A program made the translations under genes and the position numbers. From a phage, in assembly GCA_009015555.1 (NCBI GenBank), contig GCA_009015555.1_3613.1: a DNA stretch of 64,000 nucleotides. One strand, given 5' to 3'. Shown piece after piece: positions 1 to 9,576 of the stretch. The notes beneath the pieces were generated by a model. It was not told where the DNA came from, searched no databases, and was given only the letters and a program-made list of their open reading frames with translations. Numbering within the stretch: position 1 is the first letter of the stretch; each line of letters begins with the position of its first letter.

Positions 1-888
1 TTACGGACGCCGCCCTGAGAGGTCCACCCAAGAGACTCTTGGTACATGCGGACAATCGGCACGGTGCCTGCGTGTTTAACCTCACCACCACGAATGGCAG
101 AATCCTGACCACGAATCATGCCGAAGTTCAGGCCGATCCCGGCTCGTTGAGCCGCATATTTACCCTGCGCCGTGTTGGCGTTAAAGATCTGGTCGATATT
201 ATCACCAGACTCAATCAGTACGCAAGAGCTAAACTGACGGGTCGGGGTACGAACACCCGCCATGATCGGGGTCGGTAAAGACACCTTCATCAGCGATACG
301 TTCTCGTACAGGTCAACAATACGTTCCAGACGGGTCTTTTTGTCTTCCTGTGACAACAGGCCCATTGCAATCAGCATCAGCGCCATCTGAGGGGATTCAT
401 AAATCTCCCCGGTGACGCGGTGCTTGACCAGGTACTTGTCTTCGTACTGACGCATTGCTGCGTAAGTGTAATCGAAGTCGCGGTCGTGAACGATCTTGTC
501 ATTCAGGAAAGCAATCTCATCACGGGTGTAATCGTCCAGCAGGTGGCGGTCGTACTTGCCGTTGCCCACGTTCAGATAAATCTGATGGAACAGATCGAAC
601 GGCTGGAAATCACCATATGCCTCTTTGCGGATCTTGAACAGCAGCAGTCGTGCAGCAGCGTACTGGTAATCCGGATTCTGAACACTAATCAGGTCGGATG
701 CCGCCTTAATCAGGGTTTCGTGGATGGCCTTTGTTGTTACTCCATCGAACATTTGAATCTGGGCTTTCATAAGGATCTCTGATGCACACACATCGAGACC
801 TTCACATGCCCACTCTACCACACGGTTAGCCTTCTCGGCATCGAACTTCTCTGTCGCGCCGGAATTTTTTACAACATTAATGCTGGTC
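1..888 (-). CDS. nrdA: Ribonucleotide reductase class Ia large subunit NrdA, N-terminal ~295 aa; gene runs off the window start
   Basis: Minus-strand translation LTSINVVKNSGATEKFDAEKANRVVEW...VSLPTPIMAGVRTPTRQFSSCVLIE... is collinear with E. coli NrdA N-terminus/ATP-cone from memory; TTG start at 886-888 preceded by AAGGAG; absent from ORF track because truncated. Confidence 0.88.
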
Positions 889-908
889 AAGCGGATCTCC
901 TTATTGAA

Positions 909-1139
909 TTACTTAGCTTCAGGCTTTTTGACTTCGTACTGCTCAACATCTTCCTCGGAAGCCGCACCGAGGCGGATTGTTTTACCGGAGTACGGGTCGT
1001 GGTACGTATCGTCGTAACCCATCGACTCATCACACAGGTCGTTGAACTGCAACCAGCCAATGTACTCGGCTTTGCTTTGGAAGCCACGTTTGAACCACTT
1101 AGTCTGCTCGTCCGGAACAGCATTGTTTTTCTTTGCCAT
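909..1139 (-). CDS. hypothetical protein (76 aa)
   Basis: ORF directly upstream of nrdA on same strand; no recognisable motif. Confidence 0.4.
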   Translation of the reverse strand: MAKKNNAVPDEQTKWFKRGFQSKAEYIGWLQFNDLCDESMGYDDTYHDPYSGKTIRLGAASEEDVEQYEVKKPEAK

Positions 1140-1141
1140 GA

Positions 1142-1636
1142 TTACGCTCCTTTCACCAGGTTGAAGATATCATCCATGTCGTCGAACTCTGGCAGGTCCA
1201 TGACAACAACGTCGCTACGATCCTCGCGTTTGGTGTACTTGCGGGTGTTGACCTTTTCCACAGATGGGATGTCGAACGCCAGGGAGTTCACCAGTGCAGC
1301 ACCCACGGCGCTGTTTACATCGAGGACATCTACTTTATCATAAATCCCCACGAACGGGAAGTCACGTTCATCACGCAGACGACCTGAGAAAATGGTTGTC
1401 GTGCGGAACATGTAAGGCTTATCAGCACATCGGACATTTACGCCGTCCATGCGGTCAATCTTGCATGGGACGTACAGACCAGTCTCTTCATTCAGGACAG
1501 AGACCTCAAATCCGATCAGGTGCAACACTTGGCGAAGAGTTTCCTTTTTCTTCATGTCCTTTCCAAGAAACTTTGCACACTCGACAATGAAATCCAGAGT
1601 CACAGAGCCATATTTAATATTTTTACCGAAAGCCAT
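1142..1636 (-). CDS. hypothetical protein (~165 aa; start 1636 or 1657)
   Basis: Non-overlapping ORF in gene-dense minus-strand block; no motif recognised. Confidence 0.45.
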   Translation of the reverse strand: MAFGKNIKYGSVTLDFIVECAKFLGKDMKKKETLRQVLHLIGFEVSVLNEETGLYVPCKIDRMDGVNVRCADKPYMFRTTTIFSGRLRDERDFPFVGIYDKVDVLDVNSAVGAALVNSLAFDIPSVEKVNTRKYTKREDRSDVVVMDLPEFDDMDDIFNLVKGA

Positions 1637-1717
1637 TCTACATCTCCTCGTACACAAATTCCGGGGCCAATGCCCCGGTCATAACAGAATAGGGTAAGGT
1701 TACTTCTTTGTCAAACT

Positions 1718-2764
1718 TTATTTAGCAAAATTGCTCAGGTTGTACCCACCAACTGCAACATGGCCCGGGATTAGCTGGCGATGCTGGATAAATCCCTTGA
1801 AATTGCCCGACCAGAAGTTTCCTTCGCGATCGACGTGCGTGATCCCTTTCTCCCAAGAGGATGGGCACCATGCCGCATTCAGCAACTGGCTCTCTGGGTA
1901 CTCACAATCATCAACCGTCTCTTCAATTTCACGACCCTGGTGTTCGAATGGAGAGGCATGTACCTTCTTCCCGGCAACCAGACGGGTGTAGATGTCCAGA
2001 GCCTTGTCCTTGGTGCTGTCCAGACGGCGATAGCTCACCTGACCACAACAAGAGGCAGAGATGCGGAGCGCCTCTTCTTCTGTCAGCATTACCGGGCGGT
2101 CATTTTCATCCAGAACGCAATAGCCTTCGAAGATGTGTGCGTCACCCTCCGGCCCGAAACCGTACACGTGGTCAACATACGGGGTGTGCCATACGCCCGC
2201 CGGGAGCCACTCCGGCTCGGAGTTATCCATCGCCTCCTTCATGAGGTTAGCCAGAACCTCGATCGTTGGGTCTGCATCAGCATCGACACGAAGCCACAGG
2301 AAGTTTTCCATTTCCGTTGTGGTCATGACCGTCTTCATCATCTGGAACGGTTCGATCAGACGGTTAGCGATCTGCTTGTGGAATTTGGCCTCTTCAAAAG
2401 CCAGTGCCACTTCGCAGGCGCGATCAGCCGCCTCGGCCCATGCGTCGCGCCCAGTCATTCCCTGCTCGTACTGCGGCAGGTAAACCAACGCATCATGCTC
2501 AACACCCTTGTCCTGCATACCCGGCTGGTTGGAGCCGAAGCGGACTGGCATTGCCATGTTTTCACGAATCAGCTTCACCATCGTCTTGATCGGTACAGCG
2601 CGAGATGACATCGCGTTACGGCTGAACAGTCGGTGAGTCATGAACTCACTGTGGATGATGCGAGGGTAAGTCAATTCAAAAGTCGTGATACGACCACTGC
2701 GCTGCCCCACAGAATCGGCGATGATCTGAACTTCGATATTGCCACGACTAAATACCTGACCCAT
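1718..2764 (-). CDS. thyX: Flavin-dependent thymidylate synthase ThyX
   Basis: ThyX signature RHR-x7-S present as FMTHRLFSRNAMSSRA; AAGGAG RBS before ATG at 2764. Confidence 0.85.
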   Translation of the reverse strand: MGQVFSRGNIEVQIIADSVGQRSGRITTFELTYPRIIHSEFMTHRLFSRNAMSSRAVPIKTMVKLIRENMAMPVRFGSNQPGMQDKGVEHDALVYLPQYEQGMTGRDAWAEAADRACEVALAFEEAKFHKQIANRLIEPFQMMKTVMTTTEMENFLWLRVDADADPTIEVLANLMKEAMDNSEPEWLPAGVWHTPYVDHVYGFGPEGDAHIFEGYCVLDENDRPVMLTEEEALRISASCCGQVSYRRLDSTKDKALDIYTRLVAGKKVHASPFEHQGREIEETVDDCEYPESQLLNAAWCPSSWEKGITHVDREGNFWSGNFKGFIQHRQLIPGHVAVGGYNLSNFAK

Positions 2765-2778
2765 AAAATCTCCTTTTA

Positions 2779-2982
2779 TTACTTCAACTTACGAATTTTG
2801 TAAGGAACAACAACATCATGCCTGACGGCAAGATACAAGTCAAGCATCTCCTTGCACATATCCTGCGTCACCCTGAAAGAAGTGAGCAGGTCTCCCTGCT
2901 CCGTTCTTACCTCAATATGCTCCCCGTATCGGACAACATATCGACCTTTTCCGCAACGCATTACAGGTTTTCCAGCAACCAA
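2779..2982 (-). CDS. hypothetical protein (67 aa)
   Basis: Small ORF between thyX and nucleotidase gene. Confidence 0.3.
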   Translation of the reverse strand: MVAGKPVMRCGKGRYVVRYGEHIEVRTEQGDLLTSFRVTQDMCKEMLDLYLAVRHDVVVPYKIRKLK

Positions 2983-3572
2983 TCAGCGATTTCTTTCCAG
3001 TCCGCTGAAGTTAAGTCGTAATTGATGCGTGGCTCAACATCCTGACTGAAAGGCGTGTCGAACTTGATCTTAATCACGTCGTCCGGGAATTGATTCAGGA
3101 ACTGGTTCCGATCGTCAATGATTACCCCTCCAGCGACGCCCGCTTTAACCTTTGTGGCATAAAAACCGCTGCCGTCTGTCCCGTTGTCGAGATCAAGGAA
3201 CGGACAATGACGCTTCAGGAATCGTACCTTGCTGCTGAAGTGCCCCTTCTTGCAGTAAGATACGAAACGAATCGGGTGCCCGGCCTCGTGCAAACGACGA
3301 ATTGCATCCACTGCCCCGGCAATCGGCGTCATCTTGTCGTACAGATGAGGATCTTCCCAAAACTCATACGGCTCAATCGCCTCTTTGCAACGAGTCGGGA
3401 AGTATTTGGAGAGGTTGTAATTGAACAACCCCTTTTCCTCATAATCCTTGTCCATCAAATCAACGTCCGCAGGGATTTGATAGACACTTTCCATCCAGTA
3501 AAGCCAAGGCCACCCTGAATCAACGAACGTCAGATCTACATCTACCAGGATCGGGGTCTTAGTGAATGACAT
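2961..3572 (-). CDS. HAD-family 5'(3')-deoxyribonucleotidase-like protein
   Basis: N-terminal VDVDLTF (DxDxT HAD motif I) when started at MSFTKTPILVDVDL; AAGGGAG RBS before ATG at 3572. Confidence 0.65.
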   Translation of the reverse strand: MSFTKTPILVDVDLTFVDSGWPWLYWMESVYQIPADVDLMDKDYEEKGLFNYNLSKYFPTRCKEAIEPYEFWEDPHLYDKMTPIAGAVDAIRRLHEAGHPIRFVSYCKKGHFSSKVRFLKRHCPFLDLDNGTDGSGFYATKVKAGVAGGVIIDDRNQFLNQFPDDVIKIKFDTPFSQDVEPRINYDLTSADWKEIADWLLENL

Positions 3573-4218
3573 ACAGGTCGCTCCCTTTACAGTCTTGCAC
3601 AAAATCACAAATCTTACGGACCGTGCCGTTCAGATCGCCTTCTTCGTTCAGGATGTCAGTTTCATACATCCGAAGATGTTCAGGAAACTCTTTCGCATAG
3701 ATATATCGGCGAGAATCCCCATCGAAATTGTACTCCGTGCCATCTTTTTTCAGACGGTGGATTCGGACAAGGAAATAGTTGTCCGGGCCAACCACATTCA
3801 CAACCGGGATCGACTCCTCTAAGAAGCCCCCGTCGCTGACCACAACTACCAGTTGCACGTCTGCCGGGGTTTCATCCTTCAGCTTTTGCAACTTGGCGGC
3901 AAATGCCTTACCAAACACATCATTCCCAAATGTGGGCTTCATGATGTTCTCGGAGCAGTGGATCATCCAGTCACGAGGGCTGACGTTTACGCCGTTGATC
4001 TGGAGATACGGGCACGGCTTCTCTTTGTACTCACGCTCATACAGAGCGAACCACAGCTTACGGCTCAGGCCGGATGCCCGGATAGCGATATCGAACAGAA
4101 GTTCCTTGAACTCCATGTGGACGACTTCAAACCCCGGGGTGTTGATATAGCTGTGGAGACCTTCGCACAGTGCATCTTTTCCCGCGCCCGCCGGGGCATT
4201 CAAATTAATCAGAATCAT
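3559..4218 (-). CDS. Deoxynucleoside monophosphate kinase (P-loop)
   Basis: MILINLNAPAGAGKD Walker A at N-terminus; start overlaps upstream stop as TAATG (translational coupling). Confidence 0.72.
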   Translation of the reverse strand: MILINLNAPAGAGKDALCEGLHSYINTPGFEVVHMEFKELLFDIAIRASGLSRKLWFALYEREYKEKPCPYLQINGVNVSPRDWMIHCSENIMKPTFGNDVFGKAFAAKLQKLKDETPADVQLVVVVSDGGFLEESIPVVNVVGPDNYFLVRIHRLKKDGTEYNFDGDSRRYIYAKEFPEHLRMYETDILNEEGDLNGTVRKICDFVQDCKGSDLYVIH

Positions 4219-4529
4219 TAGTGCTCCCACTCCTCTCTGTACCATTTTGGCATAGGTGCCAAATAACCATTCACACGCTCAAGTTCGTTAAGGATCTTCT
4301 CTGCCGAACTTAATTTTGTAAAGCGGCGGAGGGTCTTCCACCCCTTGTAATGAACCGGGAGTTCAAAACACTCATAAGAGCCTTCGCAATACCTGAACTC
4401 TTGAACCCGATACTTAAAGAAATAAGCTCTCGGGTCGTACTGGATTCGATATTTGAACTGATCGCCATTATCCCGATGCGCCTGCTTTTTGTCAAGGGCC
4501 TTTTTCATTTCTTGGGAGATGAACATCAT
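4218..4529 (-). CDS. hypothetical protein (103 aa)
   Basis: ORF with coupled stop/start to downstream kinase gene. Confidence 0.5.
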   Translation of the reverse strand: MMFISQEMKKALDKKQAHRDNGDQFKYRIQYDPRAYFFKYRVQEFRYCEGSYECFELPVHYKGWKTLRRFTKLSSAEKILNELERVNGYLAPMPKWYREEWEH

Positions 4530-4546
4530 TATCCTCCTGTTTCAAA

Positions 4547-4572
4547 AAGAAAAACCGCCCCGAAGGGCGGCT
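4547..4572 (-). terminator. Rho-independent terminator hairpin (CCGCCC-TTCG-GGGCGG family) with T-run on minus strand
   Basis: Minus-strand reading ccaagccgcccttcggggcggtttttcttttt directly after stop of 4577..5659 gene. Confidence 0.6.
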
Positions 4573-4576
4573 TGGG

Positions 4577-5659
4577 TTACAGAATGTTCGCCAGCGTTTT
4601 CTTCATCGCTGCCTTCTCACGAACGTTCTGGCGGTCACGGGCACAAGACCCGCATTCCTGACAACGGTACACCTTAAATTTGGACAGGAAGGTGTGGGCA
4701 GATTTGCCTTTTTCTTCCACCAAGTCGTCGGAACCGCAGCGTACACATCGCATCACAGACTGATCCGGGTGGAACAGGGCAATGTTAGGGTGCTTACGCA
4801 TAAACGGACGAACGGTCAGGTACAGTTCTTCCAATGTCGGGATATCCCCGATGTTGTACTCTTCCATTTCGTCGAATGCCGTAGGATCACCTTCCACACA
4901 GCGACGCCACAGACCGAATCCTTCGTGAGACAACTTACGGCTGTCCAGTTCGAAGTAGTTACACGCCGCTTCCAGTGCATTGGAAGGCAGAGAGAACGAC
5001 TCCTTCAGTGCCGCCAGTGTGTCGATCGTGATATATGGGCTTGGCGGTTGCATACCGTAATATGCGAAACGCTGGTTGGCCCAACCACGGTCGAAACGGG
5101 CGTTGTGTGCAATGAAGATATCACACTCGTCAAGGACTTGCCAGAGATCCTGAATCAGTTTTTTATCCGACTGATGATCCCGTTTGAACTCTTCCGGGTA
5201 GTCGGTCAGTTTACGACTGAAGATGGACGGGTTGTGCAGCCACTTCCCGGCGAACGTCAGCATGTACGGCTCTTGAATAACCTGCTTCGGCGCGATGAAT
5301 TGCTTGAAGCGACCAAACGAATAGGCGATGCTCGGAGAGGTCTCGACATCACCAAGGAACACTTTGGCACCCGGGTTATTTTCCTTCACCTTTTCGATGA
5401 AGGTTTTCTGGATCTCTGCCAGCGTTTTACCACCATTGACTTCCTGCTGCATAAAATCAGCGTACTCATCTGGTGTTGGGATACTGTCAATCAATTGTTG
5501 GACAGTTTCCAGATTACGTGCTTCCAGTTCACGCTTCAGCATGTTGCGTACAGTTGACTCTTGAGATTCCTTGCCCAGTTGACGGGCTACCTCGCGCTGG
5601 GACAACCCACCCTTCATCAGAGCCATAACCTGTTCAACAGTAAAAGTCACATTAGCCAA
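4577..5659 (-). CDS. DEDDy-type 3'-5' exonuclease with N-terminal HTH-like region and C-terminal Cys4 ribbon
   Basis: Exo I DVET, Exo II HNARFD, Exo III YNIGD motifs in order; C-terminal CVRCG...CQECG. Confidence 0.68.
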   Translation of the reverse strand: MANVTFTVEQVMALMKGGLSQREVARQLGKESQESTVRNMLKRELEARNLETVQQLIDSIPTPDEYADFMQQEVNGGKTLAEIQKTFIEKVKENNPGAKVFLGDVETSPSIAYSFGRFKQFIAPKQVIQEPYMLTFAGKWLHNPSIFSRKLTDYPEEFKRDHQSDKKLIQDLWQVLDECDIFIAHNARFDRGWANQRFAYYGMQPPSPYITIDTLAALKESFSLPSNALEAACNYFELDSRKLSHEGFGLWRRCVEGDPTAFDEMEEYNIGDIPTLEELYLTVRPFMRKHPNIALFHPDQSVMRCVRCGSDDLVEEKGKSAHTFLSKFKVYRCQECGSCARDRQNVREKAAMKKTLANIL

Positions 5660-5673
5660 AATTAATCTCCCGA

Positions 5674-5937
5674 TTACTTACAAAATTCGATAATGTCTAC
5701 CACGGCGAAGTCACGAACATCGTCTTTATCGACATCGTGCGCCTTGATGAACCACTGAGCGCCTTTATGGTACTCACTTTCCCCGTACCAGAACATTGGG
5801 GCACCCTTGATGGTTCGATAACCGCATTCACCTCTCCAGTTACGGTAGAAGAACCGAATGTTCGGGGCATCCAACCCCGCATACAGACTTCGATCGATCT
5901 TACTCATAAAGATAGTCTTCCTCCAATTTCCGGACAA
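5674..5937 (-). CDS. hypothetical protein (87 aa)
   Basis: ORF only. Confidence 0.4.
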   Translation of the reverse strand: MSGNWRKTIFMSKIDRSLYAGLDAPNIRFFYRNWRGECGYRTIKGAPMFWYGESEYHKGAQWFIKAHDVDKDDVRDFAVVDIIEFCK

Positions 5938-6469
5938 ACTCAGTGACGTAGATGGTGATCATCACGCCCTTGTCCAGGTTCTCGTCAATAACGATACCGA
6001 AGTTCAGGTAGGCGTTACGGGCGATAGTTTCCTTTGTCCACCTCTTGAGTGACTTCTTCAAGTCGGCGACAATCTCTCCGTGGAACTTATGGTGGAGATA
6101 GTCCCTTTCAAGATAGTCTGCCAGTCTACGCAGAGTTTCACTCATTGTCAACCCTGTTTTCCCTTCCATGTGCTTAGACCACAACTTCTGGACTCCGCCC
6201 TCGAAAAGATTAAGAGTTGACCCGATGACCCCACGGCATTTTCCGTCGTAATGGTCATGGTCCAAACATGGGTCCGCCATCGGCTCCCGCAGGATAGCAC
6301 AAAGACCACCCTGCTCCAAAAGGAGTTGATCCCGGTAGGCCGCAATACTCTTCGACCCAGAGACCCACTTATCCTTGCTCAAAGGTACACGAATCGGCGT
6401 TGTAGCCTTCACTTTAGCAGTGAAGCTGGGCTTCCTCGATCGCCTTCTTCTCCCTGTCCGTATTGCCAC
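5900..6469 (-). CDS. Recombination endonuclease VII-like (HNH-type) protein; start uncertain
   Basis: CAIL...DHDH...CRGV...N motif arrangement resembles T4 endonuclease VII zinc/catalytic core from memory. Confidence 0.62.
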   Translation of the reverse strand: MAIRTGRRRRSRKPSFTAKVKATTPIRVPLSKDKWVSGSKSIAAYRDQLLLEQGGLCAILREPMADPCLDHDHYDGKCRGVIGSTLNLFEGGVQKLWSKHMEGKTGLTMSETLRRLADYLERDYLHHKFHGEIVADLKKSLKRWTKETIARNAYLNFGIVIDENLDKGVMITIYVTEFVRKLEEDYLYE

Positions 6470-7058
6470 TAATACCCTCCATCGTCAGAGCGAAAAGGAA
6501 CTCCTCCCGGGTCGGGTTTTTGAAGTCCTCAAAATATCCCAGCATGGTCCGGCGGAACAGCGTAACAGGAAAGTCAAACTTATCCGACAGTGATCCGACA
6601 TTTGTACCGACGCCTGTACTGGTCAGGGCAATATCTGAACCCAGCCCGTTCCTGATCCTCTCATCGTTTTGCGTTAAGAGGAACATAGCCATGCCCGGTA
6701 TGTAATCTGATCTTTTGCAACGAGACATCACCTCTGCCAAGTTTTCAGGATACTCCATCCTCTCAAACCCCCGCCCGGTGACGAGGACCTCATCATAGAT
6801 GAGGCCCCTTGTCTTCTCTGCCCAAGACCATTGATTAGTGCAGTAAAAGTTGATCAGGAAATCAACATTCAGCACCTTGTCACGAACAATGATCTCGTCG
6901 AAGTGTTTCCTGTCTACAGACTCGTATGTTTTATCGCGGGAAAGAGTCCCCTGCAAAGAAAACCTCCAGTCCTGCTTATCACTCCGGTCGTAACACAGGA
7001 TAATCTTACGTGTTGCGTTCTTTAAGATTGAATCCCAGTCTTTCTCCGTTTCTCTCAA
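6414..7058 (-). CDS. hypothetical protein (214 aa)
   Basis: Long ORF in operon context; no motif recognised. Confidence 0.45.
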   Translation of the reverse strand: MRETEKDWDSILKNATRKIILCYDRSDKQDWRFSLQGTLSRDKTYESVDRKHFDEIIVRDKVLNVDFLINFYCTNQWSWAEKTRGLIYDEVLVTGRGFERMEYPENLAEVMSRCKRSDYIPGMAMFLLTQNDERIRNGLGSDIALTSTGVGTNVGSLSDKFDFPVTLFRRTMLGYFEDFKNPTREEFLFALTMEGISGNTDREKKAIEEAQLHC

Positions 7059-7635
7059 GGAAACACCCTCCGATCAGGATGGCGTCGGCGAGGTCGGTAG
7101 CCCCGCCATTCTTTCCAGACTTATTATAGCCCTTCAGGAATCCCGGATGCAGGATCTCGCAAACACGCATCATTTCGTTTTTGCCCATCTTCACCTTGAC
7201 CATCTTCGTCCCGGCATCGTTCATGGTTTCCTGTTCTTCACCCGGTAACCACTTACGTGCCCAAGACTTAACCGATGTCGGCGCGATGACGTGAATTTGG
7301 TCCATAGTATACCCGTCACGAAGAAGAGTCAACTGGATGCTGTAAAATAATCCAGCCAGGTCCCTTGTGGCATCGCCAACCGACCCCAGGCTCAACGATT
7401 CAAGCACGATGTGATCCACATCGAACGAATCACACACCCCGGCAATCTGCCCGGTGATGTAGGCAATCTGTTCAGCAGTGTGCTCGAAGTACATGCACCA
7501 ACCTTTGGAGTCCTTGGCCTTCTTCTCTGACCCCGTGGTGTGGAGTACCTCCTTAAAGATCGGAATCCCGTCTTCCAACACCACATAGGCACATGAAGAC
7601 AAACTTTGGTCAATCGTCAATAAGCGCATCTTCAT
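7006..7635 (-). CDS. RuvC-like Holliday junction resolvase
   Basis: N-terminal MRLLTIDQSLSS...YVVLEDG and C-terminal DLADAILIG resemble RuvC catalytic Asp motifs. Confidence 0.58.
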   Translation of the reverse strand: MKMRLLTIDQSLSSCAYVVLEDGIPIFKEVLHTTGSEKKAKDSKGWCMYFEHTAEQIAYITGQIAGVCDSFDVDHIVLESLSLGSVGDATRDLAGLFYSIQLTLLRDGYTMDQIHVIAPTSVKSWARKWLPGEEQETMNDAGTKMVKVKMGKNEMMRVCEILHPGFLKGYNKSGKNGGATDLADAILIGGCFLERNGERLGFNLKERNT

Positions 7636-7945
7636 CCTTAGCAATAAAATGGTACTCGTTCATCAAAAACACATAGTTCTTGATGACCTTTTGAACTTCG
7701 TCGTACACCGTGAACATGGCGTACTTGTCCCCCGGGTAAGGAACACCCACCGGGTATACTTCGCACAGACTACGCACCCGTGGGTCGTACCACTGGATTC
7801 GCCAAGGTTCTTCCAGCATGGTCCACGGCTCCTCGATGAGATAGAAGGTCTTTGAAGCCCCGGGCACGAATGCCGCCCGGAGTTCATCTGCCTTAATCAT
7901 CTCCTCGACGCGAACATCCAAACCGCCAGCGTCGTTTTGACTCAT
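7610..7945 (-). CDS. hypothetical protein (111 aa)
   Basis: ORF only. Confidence 0.45.
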   Translation of the reverse strand: MSQNDAGGLDVRVEEMIKADELRAAFVPGASKTFYLIEEPWTMLEEPWRIQWYDPRVRSLCEVYPVGVPYPGDKYAMFTVYDEVQKVIKNYVFLMNEYHFIAKDEDALIDD

Positions 7946-9057
7946 TACACAACCCCCACTTTACGAAGAACATGTCCCAGAGTGGTCTTATCATCCGGGG
8001 TGCGCTTCATGTACACCGCTTGGAAGATAACAGAGGCCCACTGCCCGGCGCTGAACTTGCGATCCACGCCCATGTGATCAGTGAATGCCACCCCGTCAGG
8101 GAACCACTCCTTGTACTGATTTACGATCGCTTCCCACATGGCCTTCTCATCCTGACACGGAGAGATGACTTGGAAGGCAGAGGTCTCGCCAAACTTGATC
8201 TTGTCGAAGTTTTGGTATGGCTTCACGTTATCCGATTGATCACCGAACAACATTTGGTAACCAAAGAACTTCTGGCCCCAGCCTTTTACCTTACCCTTCT
8301 CCATCCAGATCTCCCCCATCGACTCATCAATAAGCCACGGGAGCGGATGCTTCCAGTCGCGCTCTGTTGAGTCACGCATGGTATTGAAGATAAGGCCAGG
8401 GCACTGGACTTGATCTTTGTCGAATGATGCCACGATATAGTTGAACTTGCCAGTCTTTTTGTAATGCAACCAGCCCTCATACTGTTTCATGGTCAGATAA
8501 TCATCCGCCTCGATCCCGTCAATCACGATCGCGCCGTATTTCCGTTGAACATATTCACGGGTATCCGACAGCAACAACGGGCGAACAGTGTCCTCACGGT
8601 TGCCTTTGTAGATTTCCGGCGTCGGCAGCGCCAACCGGAAGTTTCCGGTCCCACCCAAGACACCGAGTCCATTTGTCGTACCCATGTGTTCAAGGATCGC
8701 GTTGATCTTAATCTTCAGCAAGTGCAGGCAGTTTTCCACAGGTTCAGGGTACTGCTTGTCCGTAATTGTGAAATCATCACGGGTCCAAGGAGTAAACTCC
8801 CGGCCCGCTGCCGCCATCTTCGCCTCCATGTTGGTGTTCTGGTCCTTCAGCCACCCGCCGACTACTGTTTTCTGTCGGCCCCAAAACTCCGTCTTGTTCT
8901 TGAACTCCATCTGACGACCGGATTTGTTGTGGGTTGCGATAATGGTACGCTTTTCCGCGCCCGCCGCCGCAACATAACACGTCTGATCCAAATCAAGAAC
9001 AATAGTAACATCATCCGTAACGATATCCTTCAGGTTTTCTACAACGGGATAACCCAT
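7945..9057 (-). CDS. Flap endonuclease / 5'-3' exonuclease (RNase H-like, FEN family)
   Basis: GIEADDYL, FDKDQVQCPG and MLFGDQSDN motifs typical of phage 5'-3' exonucleases. Confidence 0.72.
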   Translation of the reverse strand: MGYPVVENLKDIVTDDVTIVLDLDQTCYVAAAGAEKRTIIATHNKSGRQMEFKNKTEFWGRQKTVVGGWLKDQNTNMEAKMAAAGREFTPWTRDDFTITDKQYPEPVENCLHLLKIKINAILEHMGTTNGLGVLGGTGNFRLALPTPEIYKGNREDTVRPLLLSDTREYVQRKYGAIVIDGIEADDYLTMKQYEGWLHYKKTGKFNYIVASFDKDQVQCPGLIFNTMRDSTERDWKHPLPWLIDESMGEIWMEKGKVKGWGQKFFGYQMLFGDQSDNVKPYQNFDKIKFGETSAFQVISPCQDEKAMWEAIVNQYKEWFPDGVAFTDHMGVDRKFSAGQWASVIFQAVYMKRTPDDKTTLGHVLRKVGVV

Positions 9058-9069
9058 TACTCACTCCTC

Positions 9070-9576
9070 TTAAAACGCATCACCAAAGTCCTCTTCTTCC
9101 TTGACGGGGCGCTTGAACTTAAAGTCCGGCCCCATGTACTCACTCAGGTAGTCGATATTAAGCGACCACTCCTGCTGGCTGCGCTGCCGCCATGTGGCAA
9201 ACTCACTTTTCAGATAAGCAATGGCCTGATCACGAGTGATCCCATTAACCTTCATGAATTGCTTGATCGCCCTTTCGAGTTTCCCGTTCTTCTCGGCGAG
9301 GCCCGGATGGTGGAACTCATGGCACGGCGGACACAGGCTCATGAGGCCGACCAGTTTAACCTCTCCATTTTCGAATGTCCAGCTTTCATGACACTCAACC
9401 GGATGTTTTCTTCCGTTTCCACCCTGCCCACCACAGATCTGGCAGGTGTAGTTGTGCTCGGCATAGCACTTCCGGCGCACCTTATCCCACCCGGTCTGGG
9501 TGAGGTAAGAACGGAGGTTGTTGTCCCACGCCGTTTGTGGGATCAGGCAGATTTTATGCTTAATCTTTGAAGTCAT
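9070..9576 (-). CDS. Cys/His-rich putative zinc-binding protein
   Basis: CQICGG...HPVECHE...CPPCHEFHH cluster; start taken at MTSKIKHK. Confidence 0.42.
   Translation of the reverse strand: MTSKIKHKICLIPQTAWDNNLRSYLTQTGWDKVRRKCYAEHNYTCQICGGQGGNGRKHPVECHESWTFENGEVKLVGLMSLCPPCHEFHHPGLAEKNGKLERAIKQFMKVNGITRDQAIAYLKSEFATWRQRSQQEWSLNIDYLSEYMGPDFKFKRPVKEEEDFGDAF

Noticed and set aside
1781-2608. 275-aa plus-strand ORF inside the thyX region
   Set aside because: Antisense to ThyX, which carries the RHR-x7-S signature
4694-5557. 287-aa plus-strand ORF antisense to the DEDD exonuclease gene
   Set aside because: Exonuclease motifs are on the minus strand; the plus ORF has no RBS or motif
8464-9570. 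368-aa plus-strand ORF antisense to the flap endonuclease gene
   Set aside because: Antisense shadow ORF; the FEN motifs are on the minus strand
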